Assembly: GCF_963921235.1 (NCBI RefSeq)
Contig: NC_086116.1
Span: 57,288,001-57,352,000, forward strand
Reading direction: 5' to 3'
DNA from: Mobula hypostoma
Lineage: Eukaryota
Length of the DNA: 64,000 bases
Shown here: one piece after another, positions 24,701-36,700 of the stretch
How the letters are laid out: every line of letters starts with the position of its first letter
Position numbering within the stretch: position 1 is the stretch's first letter
The notes under the pieces: generated by a model
What the model was told of the DNA's origin: nothing
What the model saw: only the letters and a program-made list of their open reading frames with translations
The model's database searches: none
Program-made: the position numbers and the translations under genes

Positions 24701-27700
24701 CATGCAAGGGAGCCGGCTGGATTCGAACTCGGGAGCCTTAACTCCGAAGTCCGGTGCTGATGCCACTATGCCACCAGCTGGCCGGAATATAGGATTAAGG
24801 TGTTATATTTGAATGTGCACAGTATATGCAATAAGGTTTATGAACTTGTAGCACTGTTTCAAATTGGCAAGTATGATGTTGTAGGCATCACTGAATCATG
24901 GCTGAAAGAAGATTATAGCTGGGAGCTTAATGTTCAAGGATACATATTATATCAAAAGGATCGGCAGGAAGGCGGGGGGATGGTGTGGCTCTGATAATAA
25001 AAATAAAATTAAATCATTAGAAAGGGATGACATAGAGTCGGAAAGTGTTGAATTGTTGTGGATAGAGCTAAGGAACTGTAAGGGTAAAAAGATACTGATG
25101 GGAGTCATATACAGACCCCCAAACGTTAGCAAGGATGTAGTCTACAAGTTACAACGAGAGATAGAAAATGCATGCCAAAAGGGCAATGTTACAATAGTTA
25201 TGGGGGATTTCGATATGCAGGTAGATTGGGAAAATCAGGTTGGTGCTGGATTCCAAGAAGGGGAATTCCTAGAATTCCTACAAGATGGCTTTTTAGAGCA
25301 GCTTGTGGTTGAGCCCACTAGGGGATCAGCTATTCTGGATTGGGTGTTGAAGCAACACACATCAGAATTGCTGGTGAATGCAGCAGGCCAAGCAGCATCT
25401 CTAGGAAGAGGTACAGTCGACGTTTCAGGCTGAGACCCTTCGTCAGGACTAACTGAAGGAAGAGTGAGTAAGGGATTTGAAAGTGGGAGGGGGAGGGGGA
25501 GATCCAAAATGATAGGAGAAGACAGGAGGGGGAGGGATGGAGCCAAGAGCTGGACAGGTGATTGGCAAAGGGGATATGAGAGGATCATGGGACAGGAGGC
25601 CCAGGGAGAAAGACAAAGGGGCGGGGGAACCCAGAGGATGGGCAAAGGGTATAGTCAGAGGGACAGAGGGGGAAAAAGGAGAGAGTGAGAGAAAGAATGT
25701 GTGTATAAAAATAAATAGCGGATGGGGTACAAGGGGGAGGTGGGGCATTAGCGGAAGTTTGAGAAGTCAATGTTCATGCCATCAGGGTGGAGGCTACCCA
25801 GACAGAATATAAGGTGTTGTTCCTCCAACCTGAGTGTGGCTTCATCTTTACAGTAGAGGAGGCCATGGATAGACATATCAGAATGGGAATGAGATGTGGA
25901 ATTAAAATGTGTGGCCACTGGGAGATCCTGCTTTCTCTGGCAGACAGAGCATAGGTGTTCAGCAAAACTGTCTCCCAGTCTGCGTCAGGTCTCGCCAATA
26001 TATAGAAGGCCACATCGGGAGCACCGGACGCAGGATCTCCCAGTCAGATTGGAAAAGAACACTGGCATGGATGACAGCAGAGGAGCAGCAAGGCTGGAAT
26101 TTCTGGAAGCAATTTAGAAGGCACAGGATATATACATCCCAAAAAGGAAGAAGTACAGTTGAAGTCAGAAGTTTACATACACCTTAGCCAAATATACTTA
26201 AACTCAGTTTTACACAATTCCTGACATTTAATCCAAGGAAACATTCTCTGTCTTAGGTCAGTTAGGATCACTACTTTATTTTAGGAATGTGAAATGTCAG
26301 AATAATAGTAGAGCAAATGATTTATTTCAGCTTTTATTGCTTTCATCACTTTCCCAGTGGGTCAGAAGTTTACATACACTTTGTTAGTATTTGGTAGCAT
26401 TGCCTTTAAATTGTTTAACTTGGGTCAAACATTTAGTGTAGCCTTCCACATGCTTCTCACAGTGAGATGCTGGAATTTTGTTCCATTCCTCCAGACAGAA
26501 CTGGTGTAACTGAGTCAGGTTTGTAGGACTCCTTGCTCGCACACACTTTTTCAGTTCTGCCCACAAACTTTCTATCGGATTGAGGTCAGAAAATGGTGTC
26601 AAGTCTGGTTCACCCTTGGGAGCAATTTCCAAATGCCTGAAGGTACAACGTTAATCTGTACAAACAATAGTACGCAAGTATAAACACCATGGGACCACGC
26701 AGCCGTCATACCACTCAGGCAGGAGACGCATTCTGTCTCCTAGAGGTGAACGTACTTTGGCGCGAAAAGTGCAAATCATTCCCAGAACAACAGCAAAGAC
26801 CTTGTGAAGATGCTGGAGGAAACAGGTAGACAAGTATCTATATCCACAGTAAAACGAGTCCTATATCGACATAACCTGAAAGGCTGCTCAGCAAGGAAGA
26901 AGCCACTGCTCCAAAACTGCCATAAAAAAGCCAGACGACAGTTTGCAAGTGTACACAGGGACAAAGATCTTACTTTTTGGAGAAATGTCCTCTGGTCTGA
27001 TGAAACAAAAATTGAACTGTTTGGCCATAATGACCATCGTTATGTTTGGAGGAAAAAGGGTGAGGCTTGCAAGCTGAAGAACACCATCCCAACCGTGAAG
27101 CATGGGGGTAGCAGCATCATGTAGTGGGTGTGCTTTGCTGCCGGAGGGACTAGTGCACTTCACAAAATAGATGGCATCATGAGGAAGGAAAATTATGTGG
27201 ATATATTGAAGCAACGTCTCAAGACATCAGCCAGGAAGTTAAAGCTCGGTCGCAAATGGGTCTTCCAAATGGACAATGACCCCAAGCATACCTCCAAAGT
27301 TGTGGCAAAATTGCTTAAGGACAACAAAGTCAAGGTATTGGAGTGGCCATCACAAAGCCCTGACCTCAATCCGATAGAAAATTTGTGGGCAGAACTGAAA
27401 AAGCGTGTGCAAGCAAGGAGGCCTACAAACCTGACTCAGTTACACCAGTTCTGTCTGGAGGAATGGAACAAAATTCCAGCAGCTTACTGTGCGAAGCTTG
27501 TGGAAGGCTATCCAAAACGTTTGACCTAAGTTAAACAATTTAAAGGCAATGCTACCGGATACTAACAAAGTGTATGTAAACTTCTGACCCACTGGGAAAG
27601 TAATGAAAGAAATAAAAGCTGAAATAAATCATTCTCTCCACTATTATTCTGACATTTCACACTGTTAAAATAGTGATCCTAACTGACCTAAGACAGGGAA

Positions 27701-30700
27701 TGTTTACAAGGATTAAATGTCAGGAATCATGAAAAACTGAGTTTAAATGTATTTGGCTAAGGTGTATGTAAACTTCTGACTTCAACTGTATGTTAAAGGC
27801 AAGATGACACAACCATGGCTAACAAGAGAAGTCAAAGCCAAAATAAAGGCAAAAGAGAGGGCATATAATAGAGCAAAAATTTGTGGGAAGTTAGAGAATT
27901 GGGAAGCTTTTAAGTACCAACAGAAGGCAACTAAACAAGTCATTGAGAAGGTAAAGATGGAACACGAATGTCAGCTAGCCAATAATTTTAAAGAGTATTC
28001 CAAAATGTCGGACGAACTGACTAAGTACTTTGCATTGGTCTTCACTGTGGAAGACACCAGCAGTATGGTGAAAGTTCCAGGTGTCAGGGGGCATGACGTG
28101 TGTGAAGTTACCATTACTAGAGAGAAGGTTCTTGAGAAACTGAATGGTCTGAAGGTAGATAAGTCACCTGGTCCAGATGGTGTACACCCCAGGGTTATCA
28201 AAGAGGTGGCTGAAGAGATTGTGGAGGCAGTAGTAATGATCCTTGAAGAATCACTAGATTCTGGAATGGTTCTGGAAGACTGGAAAATTGCACACGGAGG
28301 AATTTAAAGTTGCTGACCGTCTCCACCTCTGATCTTCCAATGAGACCAACTGATAGACCTCTGGTTTCCCTCTCCTGAAGTCAATAATGAGCTTCTTGGT
28401 CTTGCTGATGTTGGGTAAGAGGTAGTTGTTACGACACTGCTCAGCCAGATTTTCAATCTCCCTCTTGTATGCTGATTCATCACCACCTTTGATTGGTGAA
28501 TGTTAAATGTGTACGGTATAGACTGTGATTGATTCAGTTACATGAATTGGTTAATCAACCAAGGAAATTGCCTTTAGCATTGGATGTGTGTATCTAGATG
28601 ACAAACATTATTGTGATGGTTGCATTCTGCATTAATGTTGTGAGGGTAATTGTCTGGATTTCCCCAACAAGTATTTGGCATTCCACAGATTTTTTAGTAT
28701 CTTCTCTGAAGGTTGAGTTGAAAGGCAGCAGGTAACTTGGCTGAGGAGTGAAAGACACTTCTTTAAGCACCTTTCAGCACCTGACTATAGAATTGCCTTA
28801 CTGCCAGTGAGAAAGGGAGCCAAGTGGCATCAGTGCCAAGCAAGTGGGATATCGAACCTCTTCCAATACTGATCCACACAGGTCACATAACAATGTTCTT
28901 TGTTTTCTGTCACCATAACAGGTATTGTGTTTGACTTCTGAAAGCTTACTAACGTTACTATTAAACCTTGTCAAATAGTTAAACATTTATGTTAAGTTCA
29001 CCCCAGCTAAATTAATTAAAGTTCAAAGTACATTTATTATCAAAGTATGTAATCTTGAGATTTGTCTCTTTACAGTCAGCCACAAAATGAAGAAAACCAA
29101 TAGAACCCATTAAAGAGACCTTCAGACACCCAATATACAGAAAACAACAAACTGTGCAAACAATAAAAAGTAGGCAAATAACATTCATAACTTAAGTTCA
29201 CAAAAGTGAGTCCACAGCCACGAAGCCAGTCCTCAGTGCAGCTGATCCAGGAGCCCGTTAGTTGCAGGCTGCAGCCCCAGCAGCCCATTGTACTCTGGCA
29301 CAGAACTTCATTATCCTGGTGAAGATGCCTGGTGTAATGTGCTGATGTTATTACAACTCCCCACCAGTTCCCAGCCACAGAGAATGCAACATGCTTTCAG
29401 AGGAACAGACACTGACTTGTGCTTTATTCTGTTTTTTTTCAGAGATCCATTTACTGGGAGACGATATAAAAGGTAAAGAGATGAATTGCACAGAGTTTTC
29501 ACCCACAACAGTATATGTGGTTTCCTTGTCCGCTGCAATAATCAGCCATAGAGCCGTGTGATATTAATAGTTTTAGAATATGGTCAAGCAATGAATTAAT
29601 GTTTAAAATGAAGACTTCTGAAAGAAAGAAGGCGCAAAATATACATTTTTAACAATCCAGTAATGTTTAGAAGTATATATTGACCAGTAGTTAAAAAGGC
29701 CATGACTTGCTTAGGCACGCACACTCCTTTCAGAAAACATCCAGTATCTTAACTAATTCTGTGGTTATTTATTCTTTAAGACATGAGAGAAGAGCCATGC
29801 AAGTGGGGAGACAAGAAAGCCTGTAACCTTTCAAAGCTCTGTTGGACAAACTTGTTAATCCTTACTTGAACCCAGTATATCCAATTGAATTAGAAAATTT
29901 GATGTAGGTTTTCTAGACAATTTAAAGATTTCACTTTCTTTTTTTTTTGCTGTGTGCGTGTGCGATGTTGGCGGGACGATGTCTTTTTCATGCCTTTACA
30001 AGGCGCGGCGTGAGAGAGAGAGACTGCGGGGCGCACCACTTCTCACACAGACATTTCACAGTATTTTTCCCTTTATTTTACGAGGTCGAGTTGCGATCTC
30101 GACACTCAACCAGGCACGGATGGAAAGCGTACTCAGGAGCGGACCTGACTGGTTTCGAACCCGGGAACCTCCGCTCCCGGGTCCGGCGCTGATATCAATG
30201 CGCCACCTGCCAGCCCAAGATTTCACTTTTTTGACATGGGTATGAATTTCAGCCTGGTTTCAAAATTATGGATGTCTTTCAGCATCTAGTGATGAGTTTA
30301 TAATGACCTCACAAATTGCTTGTCCTAATATCCCGTGTGATGTGAAATAGCAGATGCTGGCATTTTGATGTGGGTTAAGGTAGCAGGTGAAGTTCCCTGA
30401 ATTTTGTCATCTCTTCATCATTTTGGATGAATAACATTGGACAACAAAGATTTTGCTTCCTGAATTCTTTTGGGTGTATCTTAGGAATTTTGGGCTGCTG
30501 ATCAGGAAAATCACCATGAAATTTTGACAATTCAAAGAACTGCTTGTGGGACCAGAGAAAAAAAATCACAAACTTTTTTTTTAAATGATCTTAATTTGTT
30601 ATTCCCATTCATAATTCAAGTTAATTAAAATGTTGCCCACAATGTAAGCTGAAAAGTTTTCTATCTTGTCCAGGGATGCCAGGGCCTGGTAAGGCAGAGC

Positions 30701-33700
30701 AAATGCTGCATGGTCAGACAGTTTTAGAAAAACGGGACATGGAGTCCAGAGGAGGCAGGCAAAGATGCCATGATGCATGAGCAGGAATGCAAAAGGACAC
30801 TGATACTGATACAGATTTTGCTCCTTTATGTTGAGTGAGCCTCACCTGATAACTCAGTCTGAGTTAAATGAGCTGGTCAGAGACTTGGGTTTGTCAGAGG
30901 CAAAAGCAGAATTACTGGGTTCAAGACTGCAGGGATGAAATCTGCAGTCACCAGCTACAAAGATTGCAAATGGTTCAACTTAATATCAGAGAACATATAC
31001 AGTATGCAACTGAAATTCATACTCTTCGCAGAGACATCCATGAAACAGGAAACCCTGAAGAATGAATGACTAACATCAGAACCCGATAAAATTCCTTCCC
31101 ATTTCACACACAAGCAGCAGAAGCATCGACCCTTCCCTCTCCCTCCCCCTCATTCTTCCCCCCATTCTCCCCTCACTTGTACCAGCAGAAGCACTGATAC
31201 TCCCACCCCTCACTTTGCAACCAATAGCAAAAGCCCCTGAACAGGCCTTGATTTAGAGTACATTATGTAGTACATCCCATCACCCAGGACTTTGGTATTT
31301 CAGACAGGCTGGCTTTCACCAGTGAGGAACAGAGAGATCACTCCTGCACCAACGAGAGCAGGAAACCAGCAGCTCGCTGTTCTGATGTTACAACCTTCCG
31401 CATTGCTTCTGCAGCTCAATGCCCGACAGGCTTTCATTCTCCCATCGAGAGATAGAGAGAGGGATCACTCGAGTACAGTGGCCTTCTCCCATCCACTACA
31501 TAATGTACTGGGTGGGCACAGGAGTACATTCAGCCAGAGACTCATTCCACCGAGATGCAGCACAGAGCATCATAGGAGGTCATTCCTGCCTGTGGCCATC
31601 AAACTTTACAACTCCTCCCTTGGAGGGTCAGACACCCTGAGCCAATAGGCTGGTCCTGGACTTATTTCATAATTTACTGGCATAATTTACATATTACTAT
31701 TTAATTATTTATGGTTTTTATTACTATTTAATTATTTATGGTGCAACTGTAATGAAAACCAATTATGACTATGACGGTAGCGCACACTGCCTGCTGTCCT
31801 GATGTTTTAGTCTCCCGCGATGCTTCATTTGGCGAAATTCACAAGGAATGGGGTCACCCCCAATGGTGCACATCTTCCAGGCTGCTCCTGGAGATATCGA
31901 AACACCAGGCCGCACGGCTGGTTCAAATTCCCAACACCTGTGGAAAACCGTAGTTTGAGCTGTAATTATAGATCATGGATTCTGACAGAATCCCAGCCAC
32001 CTTGAAAGGAAAAGAAAGATATAAGAACAATAAGTTGTTTCGTGGACGAAATGGAAGAAGTCGTCTGGGTCTACAAAAACCACTGGCACCATCTCTCCTA
32101 GCTCTTCCCTCAAGTTCCGCGAAGGATTTTGATTTTTGAGATAGATGTTTCCCAGGATAACTAATGCCAAGATTAAGGAAGGCATTTGTGTTGGTCTACA
32201 AATGAAACAGATCATTAATGACAGACAATTCAAAGAACTTATTGTGGGACCAGAGAAAATCACATGGAAGGCATTCAAGGGTGTTGAAGATTTTCTTGGC
32301 AACTCCAGAGCACCAAGCTACATGCAGCTGGTTGAGAACATGCTTCAAGCAGACAAAACCCTGAACTGCAAATTGCATTGAAGATTCATTTTCTGCATTC
32401 CCATTTAGACTTCTTCCCTGAAAAGCCTGGTGCTGTTGGTGACAAATATGGTGAAAGGTTTCATAAGACCGGAAGATATAGAAGTAAAATTAGGCCATTT
32501 GACTCATCGAGTCTGCTCCGCCATTTCATCAGGGCTGATCCAATTTTCATCTCAGCTTCAATCTCCTGCCTTCTCCCTGTATCCCCTCATGCCCTGACCA
32601 ATCAAGAATCTATCTACCTCTGCCTTAAATATACATAAGGACTTGGCCTCCACAGCTGCCTGTGGCAAAGAATTCCACAGATTCACCACTCTCTAGAGAA
32701 ATTCCTCCTCATCTCTGTTCTAAAAGGATGCACCTCTATTCTGAGGCTGTGTCCTCTGATCTTAGAAGCTCCCACTATAGGAATCATTGTCTTCACATCC
32801 ACTCTGTCAAGGCCATTCACCATTTGATAGGTTTCAATGAGGTCACCTCTCATTTTTCTGAATTCTAGTGAATACAGGCCTGTAGCCATCAGAAGCTCTT
32901 CATAAGACAAACTGTCTATTCCTGGAATCATTTTGTGAACCCTCTTTGAACTCTCTCCAGTTTCAGCACATCCTTTCTAAGATAAAGGGCCCAAAACTGC
33001 TCACAATACTCCAAGTGAGGGCTCACTAGTACTTTATAAAGTCTCAATATTACATCCTTGCTTTTATATTCAATGTAGTTTAATGTAGTTTATCATGTGC
33101 CTCCAAGTACCCCGAGTCCTCATTATTGACTCCAACATCCTCCCAACCACTGAGGTCAGACTAACTTGCCTATAGTTTCCTTTGTTCTGCCTCTCTCCCT
33201 TCTTGAAGAGTAGAGAGACATTTGCAATTTTCCAGTCTTCCACAGCCATTCCAAAATCTAGTGATTCTTGAAAGATCATTACTACTGCCTCCACAATCTC
33301 TTCAGTCACCTCTTTCAGAACCCTGGATTCAGGTGACTTATCTACCTCCAGACTTTTCAGTTTCCCAAGAACCTTCTCACTATTTAAGGTAACTTCACAC
33401 ACTTCATGATCCCTGACATCTGGAACTGCCACCATACTCCTGGAGTCTTCCACAGTGAAGACTGATGCAAAATACTTATTCAGTTTGTCCACCATTTTGT
33501 TGTCCCCCATTATTATCTCTCTAGCATCATTTACCAGTGGTCCAATATCCACACTTGCCTCTCTTTTATACTTTATGTATCTGAAGAAACTTTTGGTATT
33601 CTCTTTGATATTATTGGTTAGCTTACTTTTGTATTTCATCTTTATCTTCTTAATAACTTTTTAGCTGCCTTCCGTTGGTTTTTCAAAGCTTCTCAATCCT

Positions 33701-36700
33701 CTAAATTCCCACTAATTTTTGCTTATTATATGCCCTCTCTTTGGCTTTTATGCTGGTTTTGACTTCACTTGCTAGCCACAGTCGTGGCATCTTGCCTTTA
33801 GAATACTTCTTTCTCTTTGGGATGTACATATCCTGTGTCTTCCGAATTGCTTCCCAAAATTCCAGCCAATGCTGGTCTGCTGTCTTCCCTGCCAGTGTTC
33901 TTTTCCAGTCACTTCTGGCTCACTCCTCTCTCAAGCGTTTACTTCATTGTAATACTAATACATCTGACTTTAGCTTCCTTGCTTTTAATATTGTAGTCCT
34001 CTTGAAATGAATGCTAGCATTGCATTTGCTGTCATAAATGATGCCCATTTCTGATTTGTGCATTTTTAGCATTTGTTAATCTGTAATAGAAAACTTACAA
34101 ATTCTGAGAAACGTCTCTTTCTGTCCAGCTGTGATACAGGATTACAAAGAATACATCATGAGAGACCAAGCACGTTCATGTTGCACAGTGATGCGAAAGA
34201 GATTCATGAACAACAATTCATTTGCCGGATCCATTAATACCATCGCTGTAAAGAAACAGGACCCAGGCAGTGACCTTATCACAGCAGGGGTGTTGAATAT
34301 TGCAAAAGAAATGGAAGTTTCAGAACTGCTGTCTTTACTTCAGAAGGATAAGTCATCGAAGAGAATCCTGCTGGTAGGTGATACAGGAGTTGGGAAAAGT
34401 TGGGCTGTGGACAGCATGGAGCAAGACTGGGCATCTCATCCAAGCCATGGGTTGTATTGTGTCATTGTTCTCAAGTTCTCTGACTTAAATCAGGTTAGAG
34501 GAAAGACCACTCTCCGGGAGCTTCTGAAGAAGCAGTGCCAGCCTTTGTCATCAGTCCTAACGCAGGTCCTCCAAAACCCTCAAGATGTGCTGATCATTTT
34601 GGATGGACTTGACGAATTTGGCTTTCAGCTTCAATGCAATTCTTTGGGTTGTGATTTGAACCTAGACAGCGTGGCTGAAGTAAGTGTTCTTGTTTCCAAA
34701 CTTATATCCAAGCATCTCCTTCGAGACGCAAAGGTGCTGGTTACCTCCCGATGGAATGCAAAGCAGTTAGAAGTTAACAAGAAGCATTTTGATCAGCATT
34801 TTATTATCACTGGCTTTTCCAGTGATAGGTTGAAAAGGTATTGTGATATGTTTTATGCGGAAAAGGAGAAGGCAGCAATAATGTACCAGCACATTACGGA
34901 GAATGAGACCATCAAATGCCTGGCTTCTAATCCCCTCAACAGCTACATTCTGTGCACCATTTTGGACAGATGTTTCCACTGTTATGAAATAAAGTCAGAT
35001 TCATTAATGACAAACAGTAAGGTTTTTAAATTGCTGCTTTACTGTATGATTAACTGTAAAGCCAATGATATTGATGAGACTGACCTGGAGTATGAATTGT
35101 TTATGGACACCATCCTAAAGGTAGGGCAACTGTCCTTCAACACCCTGCTTTCAGCCAAAGTTGAAATGAATGCAGTTGATCTGAAAGCCTACAGAATAGA
35201 GCAATCTCTGCTTTCAAAGTACCTCTCAAATTTTGTTCTGGAAAAGAAATATAATGATGAAGGTTCTTTTGAGTTCCATCACGTGGTGCTGAAAGAACAA
35301 TTTGCGGCTTTGTATTGTGCAACCTTACTGGATAAGGATCCTGTAGAGCTGGTCAAATGTCTGGATCTTTGGTGCTTTGGGAAGAGGCCACAAAATCAAT
35401 TGAGTCAATTTTATCTGCAATCATTCCGCCCTGAACACACCGAAAAGCTGTACAATTTTACCAGGTTTCTCATGGGTTCCTTAACAGCAGGAAGAGAAGG
35501 CAAGTTGTGGAATTATACAGTTCCTCTCACTCCTTCTACAGCCAGAGCTCTCAGGACATGGTTTAAAACCAACCTTGAGCAGGATATTAACAAGGCAGAA
35601 TTGCTGAATTTAATGCATTGTCTATTTGAATTGCAAGATCTGGATGTCACAGCTGATGTGTCTCCATACATAAAGAGTATAGATTTTTTCAATATGTCTT
35701 TGAGCCCCCTGGACGTGTCTGCTTTACATTACTGCCTGAAACACTCTGCAGTGGAAAAGTTGGATCTGAGACTCTGTAACCTCGGTGATGAAGGGATAAA
35801 GCAGCTGACGGATGTGCTTTTCAAATGCAAAACACTTTTGTGAGTAATACTTTTCTTAAGACTACTAAGCCCAAGTTGCAGTAATTTATTTTGTTGTATA
35901 CTCTGCGTATATGCTGTTCACATTCTTTGTCCTGAATTTGGTGATTCTGTACTGTCCTGACCAAAGTCCGTTCTTTCATGTGGTGATGCCACTTTTCAAA
36001 GCAACAATGGCAATAGACACTACCAGTGCAATAAATACCAGGCCACCAGTGCAGCGTAGCAGTTAGTGTGATGCGATTACAGAGTTCAGAGTTCAGTTCC
36101 AGTGCCCTCAGTGAGCAAGTTTGTATGTTCCTTCCCGTTTCCGTGTGGGTTTCCTCCAGGTGATCCGGTTTCATCTCACAGTCCAAGGTTACACCAGTTA
36201 GTCGGTGAATTGGTCATTGTAAATTGTCCCATGATTAGGCTCGGGTAACTGGGCAGTGCGGCTGGAAGGGCCAGAAGGGCTTGTTCTGCACTGTATCTCC
36301 ACCAGTTACGTGGTGCCATCATAACCCTCTCCTCAACCATTCCTGATGGCATAACCGTTCTGTTTGGTTCTGGCCATACATTCTGTTTGCAAAGACTTTA
36401 TTGATCTCTATAAAAAGATCTAGTTTCCTTTGTCTGGTGCAAATGTACTTGCTGTGGAATATGGTCTTTCTGTAATTCGTAGCCCACCACATCTTCAACA
36501 GAACAGCAGCAAAGGACTCTTTCAACATCCTGACGAAGGGTCTCGGCCTGAAACGTCGACTGCACCTCTTCCTAGAGATGCTGCCTGGCCTGCTGCGTTC
36601 ACCAGCAACTTTGATGTGTGTTGCTTTCAACATTTATTCCTGAATCAAAGCAGTTTGACTACTCACATCACACTGTTTCAAGAATCACCCCTTGTAATAA

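Larger units (their letters stand above)
23850..28290 (+). mobile_element. Long CR1 LINE (ORF1 esterase, endonuclease, start of RT) in intron 3, interrupted by a SINE, a Penelope fragment and a Tc1
   Basis: ORF1 SGNH-type HIGINDIG...VVISGLLP...DGLHLN; endonuclease VIYRPPN and MGDF; RT start VDKSPGPDGVHPRVIKEVAEEI. Confidence 0.85.

Noticed and set aside
28689-28731. Additional microexon in intron 3 (donor CAG|GTAACT)
   Set aside because: The available acceptors give 20, 34 or 43 nt, all frame-breaking, or an immediate stop.
24700-30216. tRNA genes at the two A/B-box sites
   Set aside because: Both continue into SINE cores and tails, are flanked by TSDs, and lack a complete cloverleaf.
34131-35843. 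The 570-aa ORF as a stand-alone intronless NLR gene
   Set aside because: It starts at GTG two bases after a good splice acceptor, and its stop lies inside a GTGAGT donor. It is an internal exon.
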